Assembly (NCBI GenBank): GCA_964106645.2 | Contig: OZ067046.1 | From: Podarcis pityusensis | Lineage: Eukaryota | DNA length: 64,000 nt | Reading direction: 5' to 3' (one strand) | Part shown: in pieces, positions 35,624 to 47,990 of the stretch | Position numbering within the stretch: position 1 is the stretch's first letter | Layout of the letters: each line of letters starts with the position of its first letter | The notes under the pieces: model-generated | Seen by the model: only the letters and a program-made list of their open reading frames with translations | Database searches by the model: none | What the model was told of the DNA's origin: nothing | Program-made: the position numbers and the translations under genes

Positions 35624-38600
35624 ATCTGGAGGGTGCCAGGTTGGCAAAAGGTGCCCCAAGGAGAGGCTGGGAGACCTGTGTGTGGCGCTTGGTGGCACCC
35701 TTTGAGTGCCTTCTCAAGAAGTCGAGGTGCAGCTTCTCGGTTGGCCCAGGGGCTGGACTGCCATTGCAGATTGAGAGCCACTTACATTGCTCTGGCCTTG
35801 ATGAATCCTGGGCAGTTAACCGGGTTGCCCGTTGTACGTGCCAGGCGGAAACCAGCAGAAACCTGGGGTTTTATTAGCTTGGCAGCCAGAGAAGCAGGAG
35901 CCTTGAGAAGCAAGAGGTGTTGGCTTTGGCACTCTCTCCAATCGAGCGGGCATTGCAGAGTCAGCATGTGTCCGAAGTTGCTATAACTCAGGTTTTCACT
36001 TGCTCTTAACACCTATTGCGTTCCCTCTGAAGATGACTTGCATGTATGTTCAGAAGGGAGCAACCAGGCTTCCAAAACAGGGCAGGGATAGTCAAAGCAC
36101 CATCCCATTTTACCCAAACTGTGTCCCACTTACAATGGAACCGCTGGCAGCTGCTTGCTGGGGTGCATGCCATCCCAGTCCACGCAAGGGGGTCGTGGGA
36201 GCCAGTCCATTAGCCATAGCAAGAGTCGCGATGCAATTGCACTTTTGCCGCCGATGGAGAGCGTTCCCGTTGCCTATATGCATGCAGAAAGCAGCAGCAA
36301 AGGCTCCCGTCACTGTAGCATTGCTTCCACTCCTGCGGCCGGGAGCTGCCCCTGATGCCACACTTACTGGAGAAACCCCTGTGCCACCCTCTCAAATGGG
36401 CACAACACACTGCTGGATCAAGGCTGCTGTAGCCTAGGAGGAGCCTATGTTTGGCACTTAAGTGCGGCTGCCGCCCCCAATAGCATTTTTCTGGCAAGTT
36501 CTTCCCCTGCACAGATCTGGGGCCTGTGCTCCCAGCATCCAGGTGGGGGACAGTAGCTTGAAACATAAATGCGATTTTTTTTAGCAGTGTCGCATGTTGC
36601 AGCTCCTATAGTTACACCTGGAGTAACTGCATCCCTTCCCCCAATCTACCCCCTTTTCCTCTCTTGACTGCAGTAATGTATTACAGCTGTATTTTGAGTG
36701 GACTCATGGGGACGGGGAGGGAGTGGAGATGAGAGAGGCAGCGATCTAGACTCCTTGGAGGTGCATGCATGTGTATTGCGCGACTGGAATTAGCCGCTCA
36801 TTTGCATCTCGCAATGAACGAACGGTGAGCGACCAAAGCTTTCTTGTTCTGGACTGCCTGGCCAGAAATGTTGCTGTTGTGCATATTAATGAACCTGTAC
36901 TTCTTGAACCCTACAGAACTGGAACAAACGTACAATTAAAATAGCATCTCTCTCTCCCCGTCCCTCCCCAATTTGCTTTGTTGAAGCTGCACTTGAATTG
37001 ACTTGTCCTTGGGGAGAAGTGGAAGGCAGCAAATTACCTCTCAAAGTCCATTTTTGCAGCATTAAGGAGCGTGCCAGCTTGGGGGAGGCTGTGTGGGTTT
37101 TGTGTGCAGTAGAAAAGAGCCTGAATCTGCCATGGCAAAGGTGTTGACAAGAGTCCGGGATGAACCAAGATCCCTTGCCCACTTCCTGCTAAGCACCCGT
37201 CTCCTGGACTTTCCAGTTAGGATCACAGATCTGAAGATCTGGGAGTGGAGGAGCTGTTCCCATTCAGTTTGCTCCAGTATTATACTACCAGTATCGTTTC
37301 CGTTGAGACACTGAGGAGTTAGGGGAGTGGCGCTAACAAAGTTCTCTCCCACCACCATCGCTCAAGCAGAACTGGGAATCCCAATCTCCAAAAAGAACTG
37401 CACCACGAAAATCACGGAAGGCCTGCAGAGTTAATCCAACCACTGGACTGCAATGCTCCCCAAATACGAAAGTAAAATTATTTGCCAAAAAAATAAAGTG
37501 TGTGCATGTTTCGGGGAGGAGATCTGTTTGAAGAACTTCGGGTCTTAGTTCTGCAGAGCCCATAAACGGCATACAAGTTGATTTAAGGAATAACCTCTTG
37601 TGTCAGAGAAGGCCTTTGTGAACCCCATTTTCCATGGACTACCCACCTGCACTGACAGACCAACCTGAAATCGATGGAAGTTGTGCGGGAACACCTTGAA
37701 ATGAACAGGCCTTGTGCAACTCCCCCAGCTGGTTCTGGTGTTTTGTGCCAGCTATATTCTGCTTTTCAATGGAGGGTTGTTTCCCCTGGGAAGCAGAGGA
37801 GTTAGGGATCTTTACAGAGTTTCGCCTTTCAAGCCATTATTTCAGAATCTGAATTTTGCGGCTTTTGAAGTTCTGGAGGCAGCTGGAATTGAGATCTCTG
37901 TAGGGGGGCACGCTTTAATACCTGGGATATATATATAATTGTTTCTGTTCTCAAACAGTTCCTCGGTCATTCATCTCTGGTGAGCACCTGGGAGCCTGCT
38001 GCCATCCAAGAAACTTCTAAGGTGTTCCGTTTGGACCTGTGATTTGTACACAAAGCCAGACGAGTATCTCTGGCGATGCGTCTTGCGTGTCCTTCGGAGC
38101 TGTCAGGCCACAAATGTTCTGTGTCACAGATGCCAAAGCCCCGGCTGTCTCTTGACTGCCTGGTGCCTGAGATTCTCTTCCCTCCCCTCCTGGATCTCAT
38201 CCATGAATAATGTAACCTAACTGTGGCGAATTGCAAACGCTTGAAGAATGACAGGCTGTGAAAACACCCCTTGACAGGTATCTGCTGCCTTCTAGTTACC
38301 ATGCACACTGTATTAAGGAGGAAAGAAATTCCCCCACAGAGACCGCCGATGTGTGAGAATATATTCACTTGGTTTCCAGTGCGCTTTTAGAATTACTGTC
38401 GGAAGTGGGCTTTATATATACACAGTATCTGTATATCTATAAAATGAAGGCTGAGAGTGTATGTCTATGAGTGTAGCGCTGGAGCAAAGAAGCTGAGCTG
38501 GGAACCAGGAATCCAACCCTTTCCAGGAACTCAGTAAGTGGTCTTAGACATATATATATCCCTCCCCCCCAACCTGCAATTCTGTTCTACCTTACAGGGT

Positions 38601-40842
38601 TGTTGAGAATGTGTTTCAGAAAGGAGGAGTAGCTCAGACCCTAACTGTCTGCACCTCCAATCTCTATCTCAACCCCCCCCCCAGCTTTCTGGACTCTTTC
38701 CCCTTGCCATAGGTTCGGCTTGCCTGACCCGCTGCCAGCAAGATGTAGTCCAAAACATCTGGCAGGACCCAGGATGGCAATGGCTGCCCTCGCTAAACAT
38801 TAAGAGGGCACCCGCACAGAATTGATTTCCTCACTCGTAATAGCTGTAAACCAAAGCCCGCTGCAAACCATCCTAGTAGCAGCGACTCCTTGTTACCCTT
38901 AGGGTGATATCATATTCACACACACAGCAAAAATAGCCTGCAGGCTAAGCCCCTGGTATTGGGGAACCCTTGTATTATGCGCAGATCTCTGGGTGAGGAT
39001 TGGAGCCCCAGGTCCACAGCCAGCATGTTGCAGCGCCGCGTCTCACGCGAAGCATGTGGAACTTGTCCGGTATTGTTTGACAGCTGCTCCGAGGCGACCT
39101 GGCAAAAAGCACCCAGTTGTGCTGGTTTGTCAAACCAGTGACTCGCTTGTCTCCCTCCCATGTTTCCGGAGACTTTAGCCTGTGTGTGACCCAGCTCAGC
39201 TTTCCTAATGGGAAACCCAAAATTTGGGGAGGAAGAGCTTTTGTAGTTCAGGGCTGGGAAGGATGGAGACCCAAACAAGTCTGTCCAGTGTAGCCGCGTG
39301 GGAAATAACTGTCCGCCCCGCAAGGCAGGCTTCCCAGCGTGGAACAGGAACAGAAGTGACTTGTTGCGGTGCAGCAGTTGAGTGAAAAACTTGGCTGTGC
39401 ATGAGGCCCTGAAAGACGCTATGGGTATTGAAATATCCCCTGGGACAGCTGTCACCAATATAGTGCTCCCCGGAGGTGAGATTGCAACTCCCATCATCTC
39501 AAGCTAGCATGGCCAATGGGCAGGAATTGTGGGGGTTGTACCCCCAGCAGCCTTTGGAGAGCACCACATTGGCCTTGCCTGCTGTTCCTGGGGAAGACAA
39601 GTCCCCCCAGGCCTCATCCAGGCAAGGGCTTGTGAATAGAGCCCTTTGAGATCGGACTTGAAGAGCCACCCAGTCCAGGAGCCTGGTTTCCCCCCAAAGG
39701 GGCTGACCAAATGCATCTGGGAAGCTGGCAAAAGTGGGGCACGATGGCAACAGCAACATATCCAGAGAGAGAAAGAGACTGCCTTTCCGCAGGCCAGTTC
39801 CACCTACAGCCATCTAAGCCCAATGGGCACCACCAACGTGGTTTATTTAATTGCCAAAACCACCGCTTGTGAGTTTCTCTTTCACTTCCCCCTGCTTCTA
39901 ACACCTATTGAAGAAGTTGGGATTCAGGTCAGTTGTCTTGGCGGCTTCCTCTTCCTTTCAGCTGCTACTTGAAATAACTTTTGCTGGGTTGTGTCTTATA
40001 GACGCAGGTTGGTTCCTCTGTGCAGCTGCTCTGTAGGTAGCGTCTTCGGCCAAGAGGCCGACGGCGCTTTGTCTTTCTGTTCTTCTCATAAACCACGGCA
40101 CCAGTCTCTCTACCTTTTCCTAGCAGCTTCAAATTTTAAAATTCAGGATGTGGTTAGCTGTGCTGCTTCACGTTGCCCCCCCCCCCCAAAAAAAACCCAA
40201 CCTCTCGACTCTCCCGCCTCTCTGCAAAACTCTTCCAACAAACTTTCTTTGTTTTCCCAGAAAAAAAGCTGCTCTTTTTTTTTTGCGTCTTCCAGATTCA
40301 GAATGCTTTTGACACTTTTGAGCCTGGTCTCTTCGCATCAGGAATCTGCTCCAGCACTTAAACCGGGATGGGGGAAATTAAGTGAAATTTGTCATGGTGT
40401 GTCAAATAATGTCGGCCTTGACACAGCAAAAGAAAAAAGCCCTTACATTTCTATTACTCTGAAATTTGTGCACAAAGAGGTCTTTTCTGTAGAGTTCTTG
40501 AACTAATTTTCTCTTAGGAATTTCTTTCTGTTTCTCCTCCTCCTACAGTTCTTTCTTTTCCTGGTGTGGGGGGAAAAACACTATTCTTCTGTATTTGGAC
40601 CTGAGCTTAGTTTTGTTCATATGTATAATTTAGCCTTTATTGCATTCATATGTAAATAACGAGTAAGTATTGTAAAGTATTTCATTGCTGGGGTGGGGAT
40701 GGTATAAAAATACGCATTTTAGGGCTGCTGGTTTTTTGGTATTTTTTTGTATTGTAAAAACAAAATAACAGCTAATTTAAAAGCAGGAACAAGGTGATGA
40801 ATACGTGCATTTTAAAACACCAATGTGAAGTATATGTATGTA

Positions 40843-40889
40843 AATAAAAGTAAATAATGAACAAAAACTTTTTTCCCTTCTGGAATAAA
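40843..40889 (+). terminator. Candidate distal ATRN polyadenylation signals (two AATAAA)
   Basis: AATAAA at 40843-40848 and 40884-40889, upstream TGTA elements, downstream T/GT-rich sequence (ttttggttactgtgtattt). Confidence 0.6.
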
Positions 40890-41139
40890 AAGAAGACGAT
40901 CTGGTTAAGAATGGCTGCCTCATTTTTGGTTACTGTGTATTTCTCACATTCACACCCCACCTTTCCCTCCCAGGAGTGTGGGGCAAAATTGCTGGGTCTT
41001 CTCCCCATTTCATCGTTGCAGCAGCCCTGCGGGGTAGTCTAGGCTGTGTGTGTCACTCATGGCGTGTTTCATGGAAGCAGGCATTTGAATGCAGGTCTGC
41101 CTGACCTAAACATGCATCACAAGCTGCTGGGCTGGGGAA

Positions 41140-41436
41140 CTATGGAACTCCCTGCCACATGAGGCAGTGATGGCCACAAACTTGGATGGCTTAAAAAGAG
41201 GATTAGACAAATTCATTGAGGAGGAGAGGACTATTGATGGCTACTAGCCAGGATGTCTACTCTGCCTCCACAGTTGGAGGCAGTCATGCTTTTGAATACC
41301 AGCTGCTGGAAACCACAGGAGATGAGAGAGGTCTCTTGTGCTCGAATCCTGTTTGTGGGTTTCCCCACAGACGTCTGAAAATAGGGTGCTGGACTAGATG
41401 GGTCATTGGTGTGATCCAGCAGGGCCCTTATGTTCT
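41140..41436 (+). mobile_element. Older CR1 3' end (long 3'UTR type)
   Basis: tggaactccctgccacatgaggcagtgatggccac..ggattagacaaattcat..ggactagatgg..tatgttct. Confidence 0.7.
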
Positions 41437-42037
41437 GCACTGGCTCCTGGTGGAGTACAGGGTCAGATTTAAGGTGCTAGTTTGACCTTTAAAGCCCTTC
41501 ACGGCCTGGGACCCTCATACTTACAGGTCTGCCTCTCCTGATATTCCCCACGGAAGACCTTAAGGTCCATAAATAGCAACACCCCAGAGGTCCTGGGCCC
41601 TAAGGAAGTCAGAATAGCCTCAACCAGAGGCAGGGCCTTTTCAACACTGGCCCCGACTTGGTGGAACGCTTTGTCTCATGAGACCAGGGCCCTGCAGGAT
41701 CTGATTTCTTTCCGCAGGGCCTGCAAGACAGAGTTGTTCCACCTGGCCTTTGCCTTGGAATCAACTTGATCCCCTCCTCCTCTTACCTTTTTCCTTCTGT
41801 GATGGAAATCCTATTTGGGGACTTCCCTGGCTTTTTTCTGGCCCATGTAGGACCAGTCTGGATAGTTGGCCTTGGTGAAGACTTGACGTTTTTATCCCCC
41901 CAAAAGTTTTTGATTGAGTTTCCACTGAAATGAGGCTGCATTTTAATGTTTTAATGTTGTATTTTAATCTTGTTTTTTAAGCTGTATTTCAATCGTTTTT
42001 ATATTTGGTGTTAGCCACCCTGAGCCCAGTCTTGGCT
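41437..42037 (+). mobile_element. L2-clade LINE 3' fragment (second subfamily)
   Basis: LHWLLVEYRVRFKVLV..FKALHGLG..RAFS..WWNAL; longer 3'UTR ending tgttagccaccctgagccc. Confidence 0.75.
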
Positions 42038-42743
42038 TCCCCTTTTGTTTCATCCCCCCCCCTCCATTAGCTCAGTGGGTGACCCCGGCTGTTCCTCCAG
42101 CCCAGCCAGGTAATCCAGCCTTCGAAGAGCTCGCCTTTCTTGCGCTCAGGGTCTGCAAACAGGCTTTGGAGCCAGCTGGGTTACTCTGGAACCGGTTAGA
42201 GTATCTCCCTCCATAATCCTCGGAAAATATTCCTTAGCTTATTTGAGATGGGGCTTTCGGGGGAGATCAAATCCTCTGTTTCTTTCTCATCTTGGAGAGG
42301 AAACTGTGATTAGAGTTGCCCAAATAGCTTTAAATATTCTATATGTGTGTCAAGTGTAACAAAGAGAAAAGGAAAGCCAGTTCACATTAGCAATAAGAAT
42401 AATCCATCCAAATTTAAGCATGGGAGGAAGTCAGTGTCACACAATTATTATTGGTCCATCAGCACAACCACTTCTTCTTGCCAGATGAAAAAAAAATATC
42501 TTCCCTCTCCTTCCCCTGTGTGCTGCTCTGGGGAGCTATCTATAGCTTCTAACCACAATAGTAGCTTTGTATCTCCACCAGCAGAAGACTTTGGCATCTT
42601 GAATTTCAGTGATGCCCTTTGTGCCACCAAAATCCAGTGCCATCCCCGACCTCTCACCTTCCAATGGTCTTCTGCCTGGAGTCCTGTGTCCTGTGTCCAG
42701 TTCTGGGCACCACAATTTATGAAGGATGTTGACAAGCTGGAAA

Positions 42744-43449
42744 TACAAGATGGGTGACACCTGGCTTGAGAGCAGTACATGTGAAAAGGATCTAGGAGTC
42801 TTGGTTGACCACAAACTTGACATGAGCCAACAGTGTGACGCGGCAGCTAAAAAAGCCAATGCAATTCTGGGCTGCATCAATAGGAGTATAGCATCTAGAT
42901 CAAGGGAAGTAATAGTGCCACTGTATCCTGCTCTGGTCAGACCTCACCTGGAGTACTGTGTCCAGTTCTGGGCACCACAGTTCAAGAAGGACACTGACAA
43001 ACTGGAACGTGTCCAGAGGAGGGCAACCAAAATGGTCAAAGGCCTGGAAACGATGCTTTATAAGGAACAGCTAAGGGAGCTGGGCATGTTTAGCCTGGAG
43101 AAGAGGAGGTTAAGGGGTGATATGATAGCCATGTTCAAATATATAAAAGGATGTCACATAGAGGAGGGAGAAAGGTTGTTTTCTGCTGCTCCAGAGAAGC
43201 GGACACGGAGCAATGGATCCAAACTACAAGAAAGAAGATTCCACCTAAACATTAGGAAGAACTTCCTGACAGTAAGAGCTGTTCGACAGTGGAATTTGCT
43301 GCCAAGGAGTGTGGTGGAGTCTCCTTCTTTGGAGGTCTTTAAGCAGAGGCTTGACAACCATAAGTCAGGAGTGCTCTGATGGTGTTTCCTGCTTGGCAGG
43401 GGGTTGGACTCGATGGCCCTTGTGGTCTCTTCCAACTCTATGATTTTAT
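42744..43449 (+). mobile_element. Young CR1 LINE 3' fragment (open ORF2 C-terminus) inserted into an older CR1
   Basis: ORF 42726-43379 ([49 protein letters not shown]) and tail ctctatgattttatga. Older CR1 at ~42690-42743 resumes at 43450-43696 and 44129-44312. Confidence 0.93.
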
Positions 43450-43700
43450 GAAAGTGTGCAGAGGAGGGCAACCAAGATGAGCAAGGGTCTGGAAACCAAG
43501 CCTTATGATGAACAGTTGAAGGAGCTGGGTATGTTTGGTATGGAAAAGAGGAGACTCAGAGGAGATACGAAAGCCACCTTCAAGTATCTCACACTGAAGG
43601 TGGAGCAAGCTGGTTTTCTCCTGCTCTGGAGGGTAGTACCTAAACCAATGGCTTCAAGTTACAAGGAAGGAGATTCCAACTGAACAACATAAAGAATGTT

Positions 43701-44128
43701 TGTGGGGGATGGGTCGTCATCTTTTTGCTTGCAAATCCTGTCTTAAGGGCATATTTGTGTATGAATAGGGTGAGCCTGTGACCCAGACTTAGGAACTAAA
43801 GTATTAACCATCACAAAAGAATGGCCAGGCTGCCCAGGTAATGCAATCAGTGACCATTATCAGGTATCCTGGCAGACAGGATTTGTACTACAGACTGCCT
43901 CCTTCAGTGATGTATGTATGATGTATTGTGGGGTGGTCTTGGGCTACAGGGTGGGCAGTTTCAAAAGTCTGTATAAGGGCTTGCACACCATTGTTCGGGG
44001 TTCCTCCTCTCTCCTGCGTGGGGTGAGTGGGGGACCCTGTTGCAACAATTTAATAAAGATCAGGCTTACTAGCCTCTTTGCTTCTCATTAAGAAAAAAAG
44101 AAAGAAAGAAAAAGAAAGAAAGAAAGAA
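43701..44128 (+). mobile_element. ERV LTR U3-R segment followed by an A-rich tail
   Basis: Starts TGTGGGG; TATAAG 43972-43977; AATAAA 44052-44057; CA at 44086-44087, then (A/GAAA)n to 44128; interrupts a CR1. Confidence 0.65.
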
Positions 44129-44389
44129 CTTTGTGACAGTAAGAGGTGTTCAACAGTGAAACAGTCTCCCACAAGAAGTGGTGGACTCTCCTTCCTTGGA
44201 GGTTTTTAAGCAGAGGTTGGCTGGCCATCTGTCAGCGATGCTTTAGCTGAGATTCCTGCATTGCAGGGGGTTGGACTAGATGACCTTTGGGTTCCCTTCC
44301 AACTCTATGATTCATAGTTATGTGCCTGCTGAGGTGCTCCAGAAGCTCCATGCCTGGTGTGACCAAACCGGTCCCCTTGACAGCCACAG

Positions 44390-44775
44390 ACAGAGGGTGG
44401 TGAACACAACACATGATATCATGGGCTGTCCCCTGAGCCCGCTAGATAACATCACAAGGGATCGTTGCCTTAGGAGAGCGAGAAAAATTCTCAGGGACGA
44501 TTCACACCCCGGCCAGCACCTCTTTAATCTTCTACCCTCGGGCAGGAGATATAGAAGTATAATCAGTCATACCAACAGGCTAAAAAACAGTTTCTATCCG
44601 TGGGCTGTTAGGCTGTTGAATGGAAAATAATATAGCACAACTGACTTTCGGGGTTGGTGTGTTGTGCGACAAGCACATAGAGTGCAATGAGATTGAGTGT
44701 TTGTGGGGGAGGGAGGCTCGGTTAATTTCATTGTACACAGGTTGTACATTGACAATAAAGGTATTATTATTATTA
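44390..44775 (+). mobile_element. Rex1/Babar-clade LINE 3' fragment
   Basis: QRVVNT..RARKILRDDSHPGQHLFNLLPSGRRYRSIISHTNRLKNSFYPWAVRLLN; AATAAA + (TAT)n tail. Confidence 0.82.
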
Positions 44776-45829
44776 GATCTGCCTTTACCTCCACTGTTCA
44801 TGATCAAGGTGTCTCCCCTGCCAAGTAAGTTGGCTTCCAGTTCTGCTCTGCCTTAATGGAGGCAGCTCCCATGACAGTGAGAGATCATTGGCAAAGGAAG
44901 AAGAAGGATGATTTAGGGTAAATCATTCTTGCAAATTCTCCCCAGGGATGGGGGGAACGGGCTTCACTTGCAATTCGTCTCGGTACCTGGCTTTTGCTCT
45001 GGCATGGAATGTGAGGGGCAGGGAGGCGCTGAGTGTGAAAGCTCTTTGCCTGCCGAAAACCCTCCACCACCGCCATTAAGAAGCAGAAGTACTTCTGTTA
45101 ATTAGAGCTTAATTGGACTAAAGTGTAGGTGTATGCTGGAAGAGATGAGATCACATACTGTGGAACAAACCAACTGCAAGGACTTTAAGTTTTGAATTTG
45201 AGATAAGACTTCATTCGGTGCAAAAGACGGGGGGAGGTGAGCCTATAGTTTCTTTATTTAAAGCTTTATTCTCTGCATTTATGATTCGGCAACCCTCCTC
45301 TGAATGTTAGTTCAAACTATATTTGTACAAGTGAGGATGGAAGAAAATGGATTATAAATATTGGATATAATATCAAATGGAACTGTGTGTGTAAAAGGAA
45401 AAAGGGAGGGAAGCTCTATTTTGCAAAAGGTTTATGATGGAAACTTAGAGCTGACTATTCCCTATCCTTTACTATCTATGAAATGAACTGAATAACGCTA
45501 AGAGGACTTGGAATTTAATTTAATTGGAAGGATAACTGGCCATATATCTTCAGCTGGAAGGAAGGATGAAAGGAGTCTGTGAGCTGCCAAGGAACTGATA
45601 AGCTTCTTTATTGAGTCATCTCCAGTTTGACAGACCGCTCTTCTTCCCAGGCTGAGAGGAAAAATCGTGACAACAGTTTATTTACTGGGACAGAGTGACT
45701 TTTGCAGCTGTTGTTAAAGTTCTCAGTGCAAAACAATGAAGCACGGGACAGAGCAATGGAGAAATTTCTGGAACAACAATGAGATACCAGCTCTGCCCAA
45801 AGCATGACGGATAATAGCAACAATTGCTC

Positions 45830-45830
45830 T

Positions 45831-45868
<38 letters not shown>
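45830..45868. repeat. (TG)n microsatellite
   Basis: Seen directly. Confidence 0.95.
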
Positions 45869-45870
<2 letters not shown>

Positions 45871-47641
45871 CATCTTACAAGGACAGGAAGAAACACCACA
45901 GACAGAATAATTGCCACACACCGGAAGAACAAGGATATAGTTTGAGTTCCTCACTTGAAGTTTTATAAATCATTTAATGGGTCAACACAAATAGAAGTTA
46001 TTAATATTGCAGTTGTTGTATAAGGGATTATTATTATGACCAGAATGTAATTGAAACTAATAAGATTTTGGAATGCAGAAATAAAGAAAATAATCAAATC
46101 TAGCATGCGGCCACTTTAACTAAGTTATATAATTCGGTATTTGGATGATTGGTATTGTATTATAAATTGGTATTGTTATAATGAGGCCATTATTGGACAG
46201 TAATTGGAAACTAATAAAATTTATTCCATTGTGGGCACTACTTTGCGTTTGTGGATCAGTTGTTGGGAATCAAAGCTGGGGCGCATGATGATGCGCTCAG
46301 GTCCCGTTTGTGGGCTTCCTGCAACGAGCATCCCATTGCCTGTTGTGCAAGCAGCATGTTGGACCACATGAGCCTCTGGTCTGACGCAGAGCCTCTTCCT
46401 ATGCACAATCTGATGTGATAAGGGCAGTTCTGGAAGACAACGGGTTCCCCTGGCTCTTTGCATCTCCTCCTTGGATGAGTCAAGCGCTTTTCTGCTTGGC
46501 AGTCTGGCCTCAGGCTACCCTCCCCTGTGAGGTGAACCATTTGTAACTGGTTACATCATAAAATCTATGCCGAAGCAAAGGAGATACTTGAAGTCAGTCT
46601 AGGAATAGGAGCTGGGTGGGGGGAGGTCTGGTTTCTCACCCCCAGAAGGGAAAAAGCAGCAAGTTCCCCCTTTAATTGATTGATTTTGGAGTCCATCAAA
46701 GTTTCCACCGGCTGATTTCTCCAGATAATTTGCCAAATTCGGCCGGGAGGTTAGTTTCTGACCATTAACCTTTCTGCCTCATGGCACCTGAGCATACATT
46801 AACTCCTAAGAAGGGAGCTGAACCGGGTCTCATGGTAACAAATGGTTGTCTTGACTGGAGTGCTCCAGAAAGGAGAAAGAGACCCAAATTGGAAAGTAAA
46901 GTATTACTTTTATTTCTGTCCGAGTTGGGAATCTGCCTTTGATGGGTCCCACTTCAATGGACAGCACATAAAACGGGCTCCCCCCCCCCCCACTCCTGGC
47001 ATACTTATGCATATTTGATTTAGCTTGTTAATGAGGAGAGAGGGAAATGAGTGGCTGGGGAAAAGAGATAATAGCCCATTGTCTCAAACATTACTTTAGC
47101 CCAAGCTTCCTTTATTTCTCAGTTCTCACTGGGCTTTGCAGCTCCCCTGCCTTAGTTGGTCTTTAAGGTGCTACAGGAAGGAATTTTTTTATTTTGACTA
47201 TGGCAGACCAACACGGCTACCCATCTGTAATTTGAGCTGCTTATCGCTCTTCCCAGCCCCCCCCCCCCACATTTCTCTCATCTTTGAGTCCCTCAGTGAC
47301 CTTTGCTGCTCCAAATCCATCACCCAACAGTTCCTGAGAGTAGGGTGGCTCTCATCAAACCTTCAACGTACAAGGCACGTAAAGTACAACTATATTGCCC
47401 AATAATAGCAAATCGACACTCGTTATTTGGCAAAAGGTAGAACTGGCGAAGCTTGGGTTTGCAGTTCTGAGCCCCCGCTTTCAGGGGTGGTGGTGAGGAA
47501 GAAGATTTGTCGGGGTATCGATGCTGTGAGCCCCTCTATCTTATGCTCAGCTTCCATAAACAAAACCGGGTAGCCTAACGACACCACAGTCTCTGCTGAC
47601 CTTCGTTTCAAGAAAACAACCATGGGTAACTCCTGGAGTAA

Positions 47642-47990
47642 GGGATGCGGGTGGCGCTGTGGGTTAAACCACAGAACCTAGGACTTGCTGATCAGAAGGT
47701 CGGCGGTTCAAATCGCCACAACAGGGTGAGCTCCCATTGCTCGGTCCCTGCTCCTGCCAACCTAGCAGTTCGAAAGCACAAAAAGTACAAGTTGATAAAT
47801 AGGTACCGCTCTGGCAGGAAGGTAAACGGCGTTTCCATGCGCTGCTCTGGTTCGCCAGAAGCGGCTTAGTCATCCTGGCCACATGACCCGGAAGCTGTAC
47901 ACCGGCTCCCTCGGCCAATAAAGTGAGATGAGCGCCTCAACCCCAGTCGGTCACGACTGGACCTAATGGTCAGGGGTCCCTTTACCTTTA
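47642..47990 (+). mobile_element. Sauria SINE, full length
   Basis: gggatgcgggtggcgctg head to ccctttaccttta tail; imperfect TSD taa(c/g)tcctgga. Confidence 0.92.

Larger units (their letters stand above)
34118..40890 (+). other. ATRN: Probable long ATRN 3'UTR (~6.7 kb)
   Basis: Follows the stop; relatively TE-poor; ends in an AU-rich block (40590-40890) with AATAAA at 40843-40848 and 40884-40889, after which TE density jumps. End position is inferred. Confidence 0.6.

Noticed and set aside
38916-39497. 193-aa ORF antisense to the ATRN 3'UTR
   Set aside because: No domain features; compatible with chance in GC-rich sequence.
42726-43379. 217-aa ORF as a host gene
   Set aside because: It is the CR1 ORF2 C-terminus of a 5'-truncated copy with no own promoter or RT core.
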